Below, one piece after another: positions 1-9,604 of a stretch of 64,000 nt of DNA. Source of the stretch: Podospora anserina (Eukaryota); NCBI GenBank assembly GCA_017654855.1, contig CM030332.1, positions 6,386,001 to 6,450,000 on the forward strand, read 5' to 3'. Made by a program: the position numbers and the translations under genes. Position 1 is the first letter of the stretch, and each line of letters begins with the position of its first letter. The notes beneath the pieces are model-generated. The model was given only the letters and a program-made list of their open reading frames with translations. It did not search any database and had not been told where the DNA came from.

Positions 1-357
1 GTTGCTAGCCGTGAGATCCATTTCTTCCTCCTCCTGACTGTTGGCGGAAGCACCGCCCATGGGGTGCTGAGAGGGGTTCATTTTAAGGTTGTGATTGGTG
101 TCCATGTCGATGTCGTGGGATGGTGGTGGTGGTGAGTGAGGTCTGGGTTGGGGTTCAAGGTGGGGTGCACCTATCGACCCTGAAGACGTCATCCCGCTTT
201 GCCCATCTTCTTGCCCCTGCGTCGGTGGTGTCACTGTCACCACGACTTCTCCTGCAGCTTCTTGGTGGTGGTGTGGTTTGTGATGCCCTCCTCCAATCGT
301 ATCAAACACTCGTAGTGTAGATAGCTGGTTGAGGATTGGGAAGTGAATGGTGAACAT
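1..357 (-). CDS. 5' part of a hypothetical low-complexity protein, running off the window edge
   Basis: ATG at 357 and 119 stop-free codons to position 1 (MFTIHFPILNQLSTLRVFDT...EEEEMDLTASN). No recognisable domain; start and splicing uncertain. Confidence 0.5.
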   Translation of the reverse strand, partial: MFTIHFPILNQLSTLRVFDTIGGGHHKPHHHQEAAGEVVVTVTPPTQGQEDGQSGMTSSGSIGAPHLEPQPRPHSPPPPSHDIDMDTNHNLKMNPSQHPMGGASANSQEEEEMDLTASN

Positions 358-1117
358 GCATAATGTCAAAAATGACAGGGTGCCAAAGATTATGAACAGT
401 GTCCGCCGTGGTGGTTGGCGGTTGAAAAGGTTGGTTATTGCCGGCATCGTGTTTTGGTCGTGTGACGAGCTGTGGCAACGGGAGTGCTGTTTCTCAGTTT
501 GCTGAAGGAAGGGTTCACGGAACCCCCATATTGTCAAGGATCAATTGATGGAACCAAAAACCGTTTGAAAGGGGTGATCCAAAGTTGAAGTCGGTGAGAA
601 TAAGTAGCAGGTCCACGAGTCACTGACCCTTGGCCATGATGTGCAAAAGTCGATGGTGGATATCTGATTTCTGTGCCACGGTCAATCGCTCCGGGGTCCT
701 ATTTTAGTGCTGCGTAGCAGGGGTCTCTTTTTATGACTTTGCGCTGTCACGTTGCACCACCATTGGCTCTTGTTCGTCTGGGTGTTCAGATCGGAGAGGC
801 CAAGACTGTCGACTACCTGAAGTTTGTTGAAGAGAGTGTGCCTCCTTTGTCTGATGAGTTCTGAAGGGTGGAAGGAATGCTGTGCCGGATGTTTGGAAAC
901 GAAAGAGCATCCCGTCACCTGCCGCTGACCTCTGCCCCCAACAACACCCAAGTGACAGACATGCCTCTTTGCCCAGAGTCTGATTTTGTTTTTGCCAAAA
1001 CGCCTGCTATGCCCTAATGACCCAATTCAAATATAATACAGATATCGCACATATGTTTTCCTTATCCCATTACATTGCGCAACCCCGGGTATCGTCCCAT
1101 GCTTTCCCATAGGTCTG

Positions 1118-1576
1118 CTATGACTTCTTCGCAGCAGCTTCCTGTGCTTCTCTGTATTTCCTGTTCTCAGCTTCTCTCCAGTCCTCTGGCGCCTTGTTGG
1201 TGCCGTCTGTCTCGCCGCGTGTCCCTGCGAAAGCAGACTTGCCCGCATACAACTGGTATCCCTCGCCGGTGTCCTCTGTCTTTTGGATCTTCGTGAAAGC
1301 AATGGGCTGGTTGCCTCTGAAGCGCTTGCGCATGTCGACCATGCCACGGCGGCATTCACCGAAGCCCTTCTTGAGTTGCTTGCACTTGAGCGGGAGGGTA
1401 TCGACGAGAGGTTCGCGGAGGCAGTCGGCGGCCGAGTTGCGCTGCACCATGACGCATTCAGACTCTTGGAGGCATTGCGCCAAGGCGTCTCCTGGATACC
1501 AGAGGTTAGTTTCGAGAAGGCTGTAGCAATTGACAACGAGGAACACACGAATATCTTTACATGAGCTGGTCGGCAT
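1118..1576 (-). CDS. PET191: Cytochrome c oxidase assembly factor Pet191/COA5 (Cx9C protein); exons 1549-1576, 1118-1491
   Basis: Removing the 57-nt intron 1492-1548 (GTGTGT..CTAAC..CAG) gives MPTSSCKDIRDALAQCLQESECV...CKQLKKGFGECRRGMVDMRKRFRGN, with Cx9C spacing and the Pet191 DMRKRFRGN motif. Confidence 0.9.
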   Translation of the reverse strand: MPTSSCKDIRVFLVVNCYSLLETNLWYPGDALAQCLQESECVMVQRNSAADCLREPLVDTLPLKCKQLKKGFGECRRGMVDMRKRFRGNQPIAFTKIQKTEDTGEGYQLYAGKSAFAGTRGETDGTNKAPEDWREAENRKYREAQEAAAKKS

Positions 1577-1707
1577 CTTGAGGGCTGTGGAGGGGTTGTT
1601 GTATTGTTGATCGCTCTTCCGATGCGGCAGGCAAGGAATTAGACAGTGCTCGGCAAAGCACGGTCCGCGGGTGCAAAGCTGGCAGCTCAACCTTGATAAA
1701 CACCATT

Positions 1708-1718
1708 AGGGTTAGGGT
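1708..1718. promoter_or_regulatory. Telomere-repeat-like promoter motif AGGGTTAGGGT (identical copies at 2841-2851, 6620-6630 and, reversed, 25219-25229)
   Basis: The same 11-mer occurs in four upstream regions. TTAGGG motifs are bound by Tbf1/Myb-type factors in fungi. Confidence 0.55.
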
Positions 1719-1956
1719 ATCTGCAGTCTCACGTACACAAAGGTACAGACTGAGTTCATGTATGTTCATATAGCAACTTGTTTATACAGCTTTCTTGTGG
1801 TCATTGTATCCCGTAGAGCTGCCGCAATACTAATCCACCGAAAACTTGTTCAACAACTAAACAAAAGCTCACCCAACTGCTCACTCACCTCTGTCTGCAA
1901 GGAATGGACATCATCAGCCAGACACCATCACTTTGGAGTCTTGGTTTGTCTCATGA

Positions 1957-2552
1957 CTACAGCTCTTTCACCCTCCTTGTCTTTTTCCTTCCCCTGGTGT
2001 CCTCTTCATCTGACCCATCGGGTCCGAACACCCCCAGAAAGTACAAACTCCTTACAGTGAAGAGAAATCCCTTTACCCACCGCACGTGTCAGCGAATATA
2101 CCACAACAATGGATTGAACTTACAGTAGCACCCAAGTTTCCCCAAGTCATCTCGTTCCACCTCAACATCCCAACCGACTCTTCCCACCCAAGAATACGGC
2201 ATGTAACAGCCATGTGTCCAATGTCAGCCAACCACAGCGCCCAGAGGTAGCTCCTCACGACTTTGATCTCGGTGGTACTGTGAAGGACAAAGAGGCCGAG
2301 GAGGAAGGCGAGGAAGTACATGTTTCCTAGTTGTTGGGAGACCAGGAGGGATTGTTCTGGAAATGATAGCATGGGGGTTGGTGTTTGAGCTGCGAGGAAG
2401 TAACGGGGGAATACAACGGCGCCAATAGTGCCGGAGATGCTGAGGCATGTGGTTAGTGGGTGACGTCGAGAGCGACCAAAGAGATCTTACAGTGATATTG
2501 GCTCTGCTACTGTAAAGACAAAGCGAGGGAAGGCTGGAAGTTGGGAGGCCAT
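1957..2552 (-). CDS. Small multi-pass membrane protein of unknown function; exons 2491-2552, 2124-2439, 1957-2070
   Basis: Two canonical introns (2440-2490 GTAAGA..CTAAC..CAG; 2071-2123 GTAAGT..CTGAC..AAG) join into one frame, MASQLPAFPRFVFTVAEPISL...LWLADIGH...WGNLGATGFLFTVRSLYFLG, with about 4 hydrophobic segments. Confidence 0.85.
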
Positions 2553-3005
2553 TTTTGGGAGAGTATCGTTGTCTATACAAGTTGGAGCGTGTGTATCAGA
2601 ACTGAATTTCAATGACGCTGTCAACAAACTGAAGTGATGCAGTTACAGGATGCGAGTTTGAGGGAAGAGCCAATTGATGCGCAAAATGAGAACAGTATGA
2701 ACTCGAACATAAAAAGTAGTAATATATCAGTCAAGGCTTGTTTTAAACACTCAATTCATGCCACGACTCCTGAGATCAACCGGCTTTCATAACCACGTCC
2801 CTTACCGTTGCGGGCTCTCCGCCTCCGTTCAGGCAACTAGAGGGTTAGGGTCACACCGACACCTCACCTGGCCAGTGCTCACCAACGCACAGACAATTTG
2901 CAGTTTCCCCAGATTTTGCAGGCGTGCACAGACCACTCCCACTCAAGTACAAATTCAGCAAATCCCTACCAGAATTTCAACTCTCCTTTCTCTTTTTCTT
3001 CTCCA

Positions 3006-3130
3006 TCCAAGTGCAGGGGTTTTACGCGTATCAGTGAGGATTCGTCCGAGATCGCGTTTTTGCTAGTTGAAAACTACATACCTGACCGCTCCTGCCAGGC
3101 TTGTACTGGTAGGGAATTTTTGTAACCTCT
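3006..3130 (+). ncRNA. U4: U4 spliceosomal snRNA
   Basis: ATCCAAGTGCAGGGGTTTTACGCGTATCAGTGAGGATTCGTCCGAGATCGCGTTTTTGCTAGTTGAAAACT matches yeast U4 as recalled (5' stem-loop and U6-pairing stem I). 3' hairpin CCTGCCAG(3091-3098)/CTGGTAGG(3106-3113) is followed by the Sm site AATTTTTG (3115-3122). The 3' end is approximate. Confidence 0.92.
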
Positions 3131-3322
3131 CTCTCCTTGTGGGATTTCTCATCTCTTCATTGCTGTCGGTCTGCGGATCGTGGTGAGGAAGACGTTGGTC
3201 ATACATGACATGTGAAGCACTGGGCCGGGTTTGTAAGTTTATCCGAACATATAAAGTCTATTAAAGTCAAGTCTTGCAAATGGGTATCACATTCTGCTTG
3301 TCTGATCAACAGCCAACCATGC

Positions 3323-4390
3323 CTACGCGGTATCCAAAACCACAACCTCAGCCTCGACTTCGCCAACACTTTCCACTAAGAGCTTATCTCCCTTGTTCAC
3401 TCCTTCGATGAACGCTCCATCTCCCTCCTTCAATACAGCATCGTCTCTCCCATCCAACCTGATACTCGCCTTCCCTCCCTTGGTCATGGGCAAGTGAACA
3501 AAAACCTTCCTCTTGTTCTGCTCCGTCACATTCCCTCTTCCTCCCACAATCCATTCAAACTTGCCACCACCAGTGATAATCCCCGCCCCCATCAAGAAGT
3601 CAGCATGAATAGGAATTGTCCCTTCGACCACCGCCTCCGCCTTGGCCTCTTGCTCAGCAGTAGCGTCCACACCCCCCTTCAGCGGACTTAAAATCGTCAC
3701 AAACCCTTTCCTCTTATCCTCCTCACTAAAATGCCTGGTATGATACCTCGGCTTCAGCCCTCTCTTCCAAGGCAAAGCCCAAATCTGCAAGAAGTGGACA
3801 GTATCCCTCCTGTGCTCGTTGAACTCTGAGTGAGCGATCCCCGTTCCGCCGGTGGTGAACTGGATGTCACCGCGCTTCATGCGGTAGAACTGATCGGGGG
3901 AGACATTGTCACCCTCGGCGCCTTTGGTGAGCATGGAGTCGCGGTGGGTGAGCTCGCCGGAGAGGATGTAGGAGAAGATTTCAAAGTCGCGGTGGGGGTG
4001 GGTTGGGAAGCCGGATTGGGGCTTTACGCGGTCTTCGTTGAGGACGCGGAGGGAGCCGAAGCTGGTGTAGGAGGGGTGGTACCAGTTTGCAAAGGAGAAG
4101 GAGTGGTAGGTGTTTAGCCAGCCGTGGTCTGAGTGGCCGCGGGTGGAGGAGAGATGGGGGGTGATTTTGGCGTGGTGGAGGGTGCGAGACATGGTTGTTT
4201 TGGCGGTGTTCATGTGTGATGGGGTGGTGATGTTGGGGTTGGTGATTAGGCTTGTGAGGTGGGTTGTTAGGGTGAGGATGGTGGTGCCTGTATATGTAGT
4301 CAAGATCTGAAGAATGTCAGGCTTGTAGTATGTGAGGATGATTGCGAAAAATGCGATGAGAATTGAGAGGAGAAGGAAAGGACGCCTCAT
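3323..4390 (-). CDS. Pirin-family bicupin (YhhW/quercetinase-like) with an N-terminal hydrophobic extension
   Basis: RGHSDHGWLNTYHSFSFA, FGSLRVLNEDRV, GFPTHPHRDFEI, GTGIAHSEFN (His/His/His/Glu metal ligands) and FLQIW motifs. Intronless. First ATG is at 4390, with downstream ATGs at 4213 and 4192. Confidence 0.9.
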   Translation of the reverse strand: MRRPFLLLSILIAFFAIILTYYKPDILQILTTYTGTTILTLTTHLTSLITNPNITTPSHMNTAKTTMSRTLHHAKITPHLSSTRGHSDHGWLNTYHSFSFANWYHPSYTSFGSLRVLNEDRVKPQSGFPTHPHRDFEIFSYILSGELTHRDSMLTKGAEGDNVSPDQFYRMKRGDIQFTTGGTGIAHSEFNEHRRDTVHFLQIWALPWKRGLKPRYHTRHFSEEDKRKGFVTILSPLKGGVDATAEQEAKAEAVVEGTIPIHADFLMGAGIITGGGKFEWIVGGRGNVTEQNKRKVFVHLPMTKGGKASIRLDGRDDAVLKEGDGAFIEGVNKGDKLLVESVGEVEAEVVVLDTA

Positions 4391-4862
4391 ATAGACTATA
4401 GGATTGCTTCTCGATGGAGGCGAGAAGAAGCTGGTAGACACTGGATTGGGAGAGAAGTCGTGACACGATGCTTAAGTGAGATTGAGTGATCATATATTCA
4501 TGTATTAGAGACCTAGGGTTCTAGATCATCATTTTCCGATCTCTGGATTGCTTTGTCTTCATGATGGTTGAGGGTGGTGGAGAGTTGCCTGCCGAGACTT
4601 GCTGACCGACGATTACCTCATGATTATCCTTCAGCTGCGGCATCGCGCCTCGGCTTTTGACGGCCCGATGAGTAAGCGTTCAACATAACAACATCAACGT
4701 TTCCTACTTGCAGGCTCGTCCATTCTCGTGAGGATCATGTTGAAAATCAACCTTTTGGTTTCGTTACGTCGCAGTATGGGACATTATCTGAACGAGAACG
4801 GAGATGCCACCTGCCCACATAATAATTGACACACAAATAAGTTGGCCCATATTTTATCTACA

Positions 4863-4960
4863 CCTTAAAGGATGACTACTAGGCTCTTAAATAAAGTTAA
4901 TAGGCCTTCGAGATAATTAAAAGGCCTTTAAAGGTATTTAAAAGGCCCTTTAGTTTACTT
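4863..4960. repeat. Short AT-rich patch with a RIP-like dinucleotide signature (possible repeat relic)
   Basis: About 98 bp rich in TpA with essentially no CpA and one TpG. Contains recurring AGGCCTT/TTTAAA words. Confidence 0.4.
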
Positions 4961-5434
4961 TCAATGCATGGTTTACAACATCACATGGACCAACATACTT
5001 ATGTGTATCAACTATTTGTGGTGAAGGAGGATGCTTGCTCCAAAATCCATTATAGCCACTGCCTAACCTGTTCGCAACTCTCACCCAATCATTTTGGTGA
5101 CCTTCAACAATACCATTATGACCTCTTTGTCCCTGAAGTTGCCAAGTTACTGTCTGATACTAACGCTCACAAGAGAACTGATGCCGGAACAAAGCCATTG
5201 TTTTGACTACTGTCAACAACTCCCGACTACAATGCAGTTATATGCATCAATGATGTTGGCTTCATCTCGTGTATTTAAGGCCAACGCTGGTCGTGATGGC
5301 ACTACAACAGCATCGTTTCACATCCCACATCTCAGCTTGCTTCAACATTCGTGTTATCGTAAAAGCCTGTCTCGATATCGACCTACTTAACTTTTTGAGT
5401 ATAGAGATAAAGCTAGCCCTTTTTGACCATCAAA

Positions 5435-6232
5435 ATGTGTCAACTCGAGCACAAGGTTTATACGGTGTGTACACATATCTACGAGCATGCTGTTCCGTGT
5501 ATGTTGACTTCGAGGACTCGGGCTCGGTGTGACAACCCGGAGGTGATTACTAGTGCAAAATTCGGTTTTTGCCGAGAGTGCCGTGATTTCTACGCGCCTC
5601 TTGTAACTGACAGCCCTTACATCATCTTGAGCTACTGGGCTTACAAGGCTGAGCGTGGCATTAATTATGCTGTTCATCCTTCGTATGTCCCTAGTGCTGA
5701 GCTTTTCTGGGTATCTTGTGACCCTGCTGAAGAGTACCGGAAGCGTGTTCACTCTCCCCGTAATGATCTTTCCACCCTGGCCAAGGTCCTTCGTCGCTAC
5801 AGAGGAGAGACACGGGATGAGTATCTTGAGCGCCTTCAGTATATCCGCCACGCTACATTGGAGTGGGCTGGGCGAAGGCGCAGGGAGCGGATTGAGAGTG
5901 AGGAGGTTGTCTACCCGCCGGCTGAGAACTCCCCCTCAAGACCGAGTCTGAGTGAGTCGTCGAGGCAATCTTCTCAGAACACCATCACTGATCGAGAAGC
6001 CCCACAGGTTCATGATGAGACTCTGGCTCGATTATGCGGAACCTGGACGGGCATCTCTTCGAAGAACAACATCGCTGAACCCGAGCGAGAGGTACGCTGG
6101 ACACAACTGAGCGTTGAGTCAAATCAGGCGAGCGAGAACCTTTTTCCCGAGTCCGCTGGATTTTCTCAGAACAATGATTTTGCTCAGTTTTCTCCTGGAA
6201 TACAGCCCACTTCTCGGTTTTCATTCGACTAG
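5435..6232 (+). CDS. Hypothetical protein with an N-terminal Cys/His cluster (possible zinc binding) and a repetitive C-terminus
   Basis: caaaATG context; MCQLEHKVYTVCTH..C..C..CREC; 265 codons, intronless. Confidence 0.7.
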   Translation: MCQLEHKVYTVCTHIYEHAVPCMLTSRTRARCDNPEVITSAKFGFCRECRDFYAPLVTDSPYIILSYWAYKAERGINYAVHPSYVPSAELFWVSCDPAEEYRKRVHSPRNDLSTLAKVLRRYRGETRDEYLERLQYIRHATLEWAGRRRRERIESEEVVYPPAENSPSRPSLSESSRQSSQNTITDREAPQVHDETLARLCGTWTGISSKNNIAEPEREVRWTQLSVESNQASENLFPESAGFSQNNDFAQFSPGIQPTSRFSFD

Positions 6233-6921
6233 GTGAACAAGTCTCGTTGTCTGTATTTCTTTCAAGGTGAGATAACAACAAGAAGTGGGTTTGGAGTGAG
6301 CTGAGCGTTGAGTTAAATCAGCCTACAAGATAGGACTAACTTGTCTTTCTCGTAATCACGATATCGCTGAGCTTTCTCTTTGCACAAGCCTCTTCTCGTT
6401 GTTCATTTGACGAAGGTAGGTGAGCTGTATTTAGTCGTGTGGATCTCCCTAGGGTAAGGTATATCGGTAGGCACCAAGTGGTGTCTCGATTGTAATAATT
6501 GATATTCTACTTTTGTTTTTTTCTTAATTGAGCCCTCCTCCCTCTTATTAGTTTCGTGCAGTGAATCATATATAGTTTTCTGAATCTTTTTTGTATCTTT
6601 CCAGTGCTAAATCACTGTAAGGGTTAGGGTCCGTAGAGTGACGTATCTCGGTATGACTCTTATCGGTGTACCACTTGGCGATAAGGAATTGCCCCGCGCC
6701 ACCATTCGTGAAGCTTTGAAATAATGATTTAAAAAGATCGTGTTGGAAAGCATACTATTGCTTGGAGCGGGAGATAGAGCCAGGTGTCTCTCAGTCTAAT
6801 TATCCCCATGAAAAGACCGGTGTTTGATTGAGCTGCGATCCAAGTCCTCATTCCACGAAACCTCCAACCATCAACGCTCCCTATTATCGCCAGTCGCAAA
6901 CGCCCCGAAACCAAGCGCGCA

Positions 6922-8844
6922 ATGGCAAAACCACAGGACGAGCTCCTGCGGCGGCCACTTTACCTCTACGATCTCCCACAAGACGTTGTTACCACTCTGT
7001 CCCTCAAGACCGATGCCGATGCGAGCGATGGACTGGCAGTTCAAGACGATACCACAACAGCGACCCAAACTCCAAGCCCCGCGACGGCCGACAATGTGAT
7101 CGGATCGCAAGCTTGTTCCCTTTGCAGTCTGTCGTTTGTCACAGTACAAGAGCAGAGGGAGCATCTCAAGACCGATCTACACCACTACAACCTCAAGCAA
7201 AAGCTCCATGGCCTCAGCCCAGTCTCCGAGGCCGAGTTCGAAAAGCTTGTCGATGAGCTCGACGAGAGCATTTCAGGTTCCGAAAGCGAAGATAGCGAAG
7301 ACGAAGAGGAGGATACCGGGCGCAAGGAGACCACTCTTACCGCTCTGTTGAAGAAACAGGCCAATCTGGCGGACAAGCGCAAACCGAATGACGAAGGTGA
7401 CGATGTGGATACAAAACAGAAGAAAGGCACGGGCAAGGCACCATTACTTTGGTTCGAGTCCCCCAAGCTGCCAGAAAAGACATACTATGGAATCTACAGA
7501 GCCCTGTTCACCGCCGAGGAGCTGGAAAATGAGGATGTCATCGTGGAGGCGATCAAGAAGAGACAGCTTGCGCCCATCTCCATGCCCAAGCCTCCAAAAG
7601 ATGCGCAGTCTGTGCCGGCGAGCTACAATGGGCAGCACATATTTATGTGTATGATCGGAGGTGGCCATTTCGCTGCTATGGTTGTTTCACTGGCACCGAA
7701 GAAGAGCAAACACGGCACTACAGGCCCCTTGAACAGAGAAGCTGTTGTCCTGGCGCACAAGACGTTCCATCGTTATACCACTCGTCGCAAGCAGGGTGGC
7801 TCTCAGTCGGCGAACGATAACGCAAAGGGAACGGCCCACTCCGCTGGTTCGTCCCTTCGTCGTTACAACGAGCAGGCCTTGGTTGAGGATGTTCGAAATC
7901 TCCTGAAAGACTGGAAGAACCTCATTGACACCTCGGACCTCCTGTTCATCCGCGCAACTGGCATGACGAACCGGAGAACCCTTTTCGGTCCATATGAAGG
8001 CCAAGTCCTTCGCGCCAACGACCCTCGCATCCGAGGCTTCCCCTTCAACACGAGAAGAGCAACCCAGAACGAACTCATGCGGTCGTTTATCGAGCTCACC
8101 AGACTAAAAGTCAAGGAGATTCAGCCAGAACCAGAAGCACCGACTGCTGAGCCATCCAAGATTACAAAGCCAAAAGAGTCAAAGCCAGCGGCGCCGAAAC
8201 TATCAGAAGAGGAAGAGGCGGCCATCTTCCACACCACCCAGCTACAGTCCATCATCCGCCGGTCAAAACTCCCTGCCTTGTTGTCGTATTTGACCAACAA
8301 CAAACTCGGCGCCAACTTTGTCTTCCAACCAAAAGACACCCAACAAAACCATCACACTCCCACCCCTCTACACTTTGCCGCCTCGCAAAACTCGGCAGCC
8401 GTAATAGTAGGTCTCATTACCCGCGCCGGCGCTGATCCAACGATTCTCAACTCGGAAGGGAAAACTCCCTTCGATCTTGCCGGTGATCGCGCCACGCGGG
8501 ATGCGTTTAGGGTAGCGAGGTCAGAGGCAGGCGAGAAAAAGTGGGATTGGGAGGCTGCGCATGTTCCTGCTGCTCTGAAAAGGGAAGACGCAGATAAGCG
8601 AGCGGAGAGGGAGAAGAAGGAGGAGGAGCAGAGGAGGAAGGCTGAGGAGGAGAGGCTGAAGAAGGAAGGGCCGGTGGTGAAGGAGGGTAAACCAAGGAAG
8701 GGGGGCGTGTTGGGAGGGGCTCCGCTGAATCAGAGGGAGGAGGAGACGAGGGGGTTGACGGCTGAGCAGAGGATGAAGCTGGATAGGGAGAGGAGGGCGA
8801 GGGCGGCGGAGGAGAGGATTAGGAGGTTGCAGGGGGGTGCGTGA
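6922..8844 (+). CDS. VMS1: Vms1/ANKZF1 ribosome quality-control factor (C2H2 finger, VLRF1 domain, ankyrin repeat, VIM)
   Basis: CSLC..H..H finger; HKTFHRYTTRRKQGGSQS catalytic loop; SAGSSLRRYNE; TPLHFAA ankyrin; C-terminal RERRARAAEERIRR Cdc48-binding VIM. Confidence 0.95.
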   Translation: MAKPQDELLRRPLYLYDLPQDVVTTLSLKTDADASDGLAVQDDTTTATQTPSPATADNVIGSQACSLCSLSFVTVQEQREHLKTDLHHYNLKQKLHGLSPVSEAEFEKLVDELDESISGSESEDSEDEEEDTGRKETTLTALLKKQANLADKRKPNDEGDDVDTKQKKGTGKAPLLWFESPKLPEKTYYGIYRALFTAEELENEDVIVEAIKKRQLAPISMPKPPKDAQSVPASYNGQHIFMCMIGGGHFAAMVVSLAPKKSKHGTTGPLNREAVVLAHKTFHRYTTRRKQGGSQSANDNAKGTAHSAGSSLRRYNEQALVEDVRNLLKDWKNLIDTSDLLFIRATGMTNRRTLFGPYEGQVLRANDPRIRGFPFNTRRATQNELMRSFIELTRLKVKEIQPEPEAPTAEPSKITKPKESKPAAPKLSEEEEAAIFHTTQLQSIIRRSKLPALLSYLTNNKLGANFVFQPKDTQQNHHTPTPLHFAASQNSAAVIVGLITRAGADPTILNSEGKTPFDLAGDRATRDAFRVARSEAGEKKWDWEAAHVPAALKREDADKRAEREKKEEEQRRKAEEERLKKEGPVVKEGKPRKGGVLGGAPLNQREEETRGLTAEQRMKLDRERRARAAEERIRRLQGGA

Positions 8845-9495
8845 GTGAGTGTGCGGTGGATGAGGTGATATGAATAATAGACCAAGATCTGGAGCTTCTT
8901 TGATGACATTTTGATGTTGACTCGGTGGTGATTGTTGCCCTATTTTTGGTTGTTTAAGCAATGGGATTCTTAGTCTATATCCAGTCATCGATTTCATCCA
9001 AGGGTTGCATAGGTAGTATGTGAAAGAGATTGTCCACAGCACTGAGAAACTTAACGAGATGTGCCTGGAAGCCATGACATATACCACCAGTGTCGACTTT
9101 TGATGGAGGATGCGGCAGATAAACAGCCGATGTGGTATCCCTGTATGAAATGCGTAAGATATGCCATGATTAGACAACAAATAGCAACAGTTTATTTATT
9201 ATGACTTTTCACCGACGACTTTCCCGTCAGGTGCTTTCTTACAATATATGTACCTCACTAACATTCGAGAAGAACTGATAGTTACTGTTGGACAGAGAGC
9301 AAATAGGTGCCATGCCGTTTGCCGTATTCATCTTCTGGAAGACTAAAATAATGAAATCCATTACTTGTTGTCGCTCGACATGAGTCTGTTGGGGTTTGTT
9401 TATCAGGCCTTCGAACGGTGACATACCACCAGAATAATCAACCATCATCACAATACGAAACAGAAAAGAAAAATGGAGAAGCCAGCAAAACGAAC

Positions 9496-9604
9496 TTCCC
9501 ATACCGGGAATTGAACCCGGGGCTCCAGGGTGGTTCAGATTCCTCTTAACTGTTGTCAGTAGGTAGGTGAAAGCCTGGTATGCTAACCACTACACCATAT
9601 GGGA
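9496..9604 (-). tRNA. tRNA-Glu(UUC) with a 37-nt intron (9531-9567)
   Basis: Acceptor TCCCATA/TATGGGA, anticodon stem CCAGG/CCTGG around CT-TTC-A, T arm CCGGG-TTCAATT-CCCGG; TTTT terminator just downstream. Confidence 0.93.

Noticed and set aside
1704-1719. CTAACCCTAA on the minus strand as a telomerase RNA template
   Set aside because: It lies in a ~380-bp gap between genes, with no room for a fungal TER. Better explained as a promoter motif.
3035-3085. C/D snoRNA (GTGAGGA..CTGA)
   Set aside because: The sequence is fully explained by U4 snRNA.
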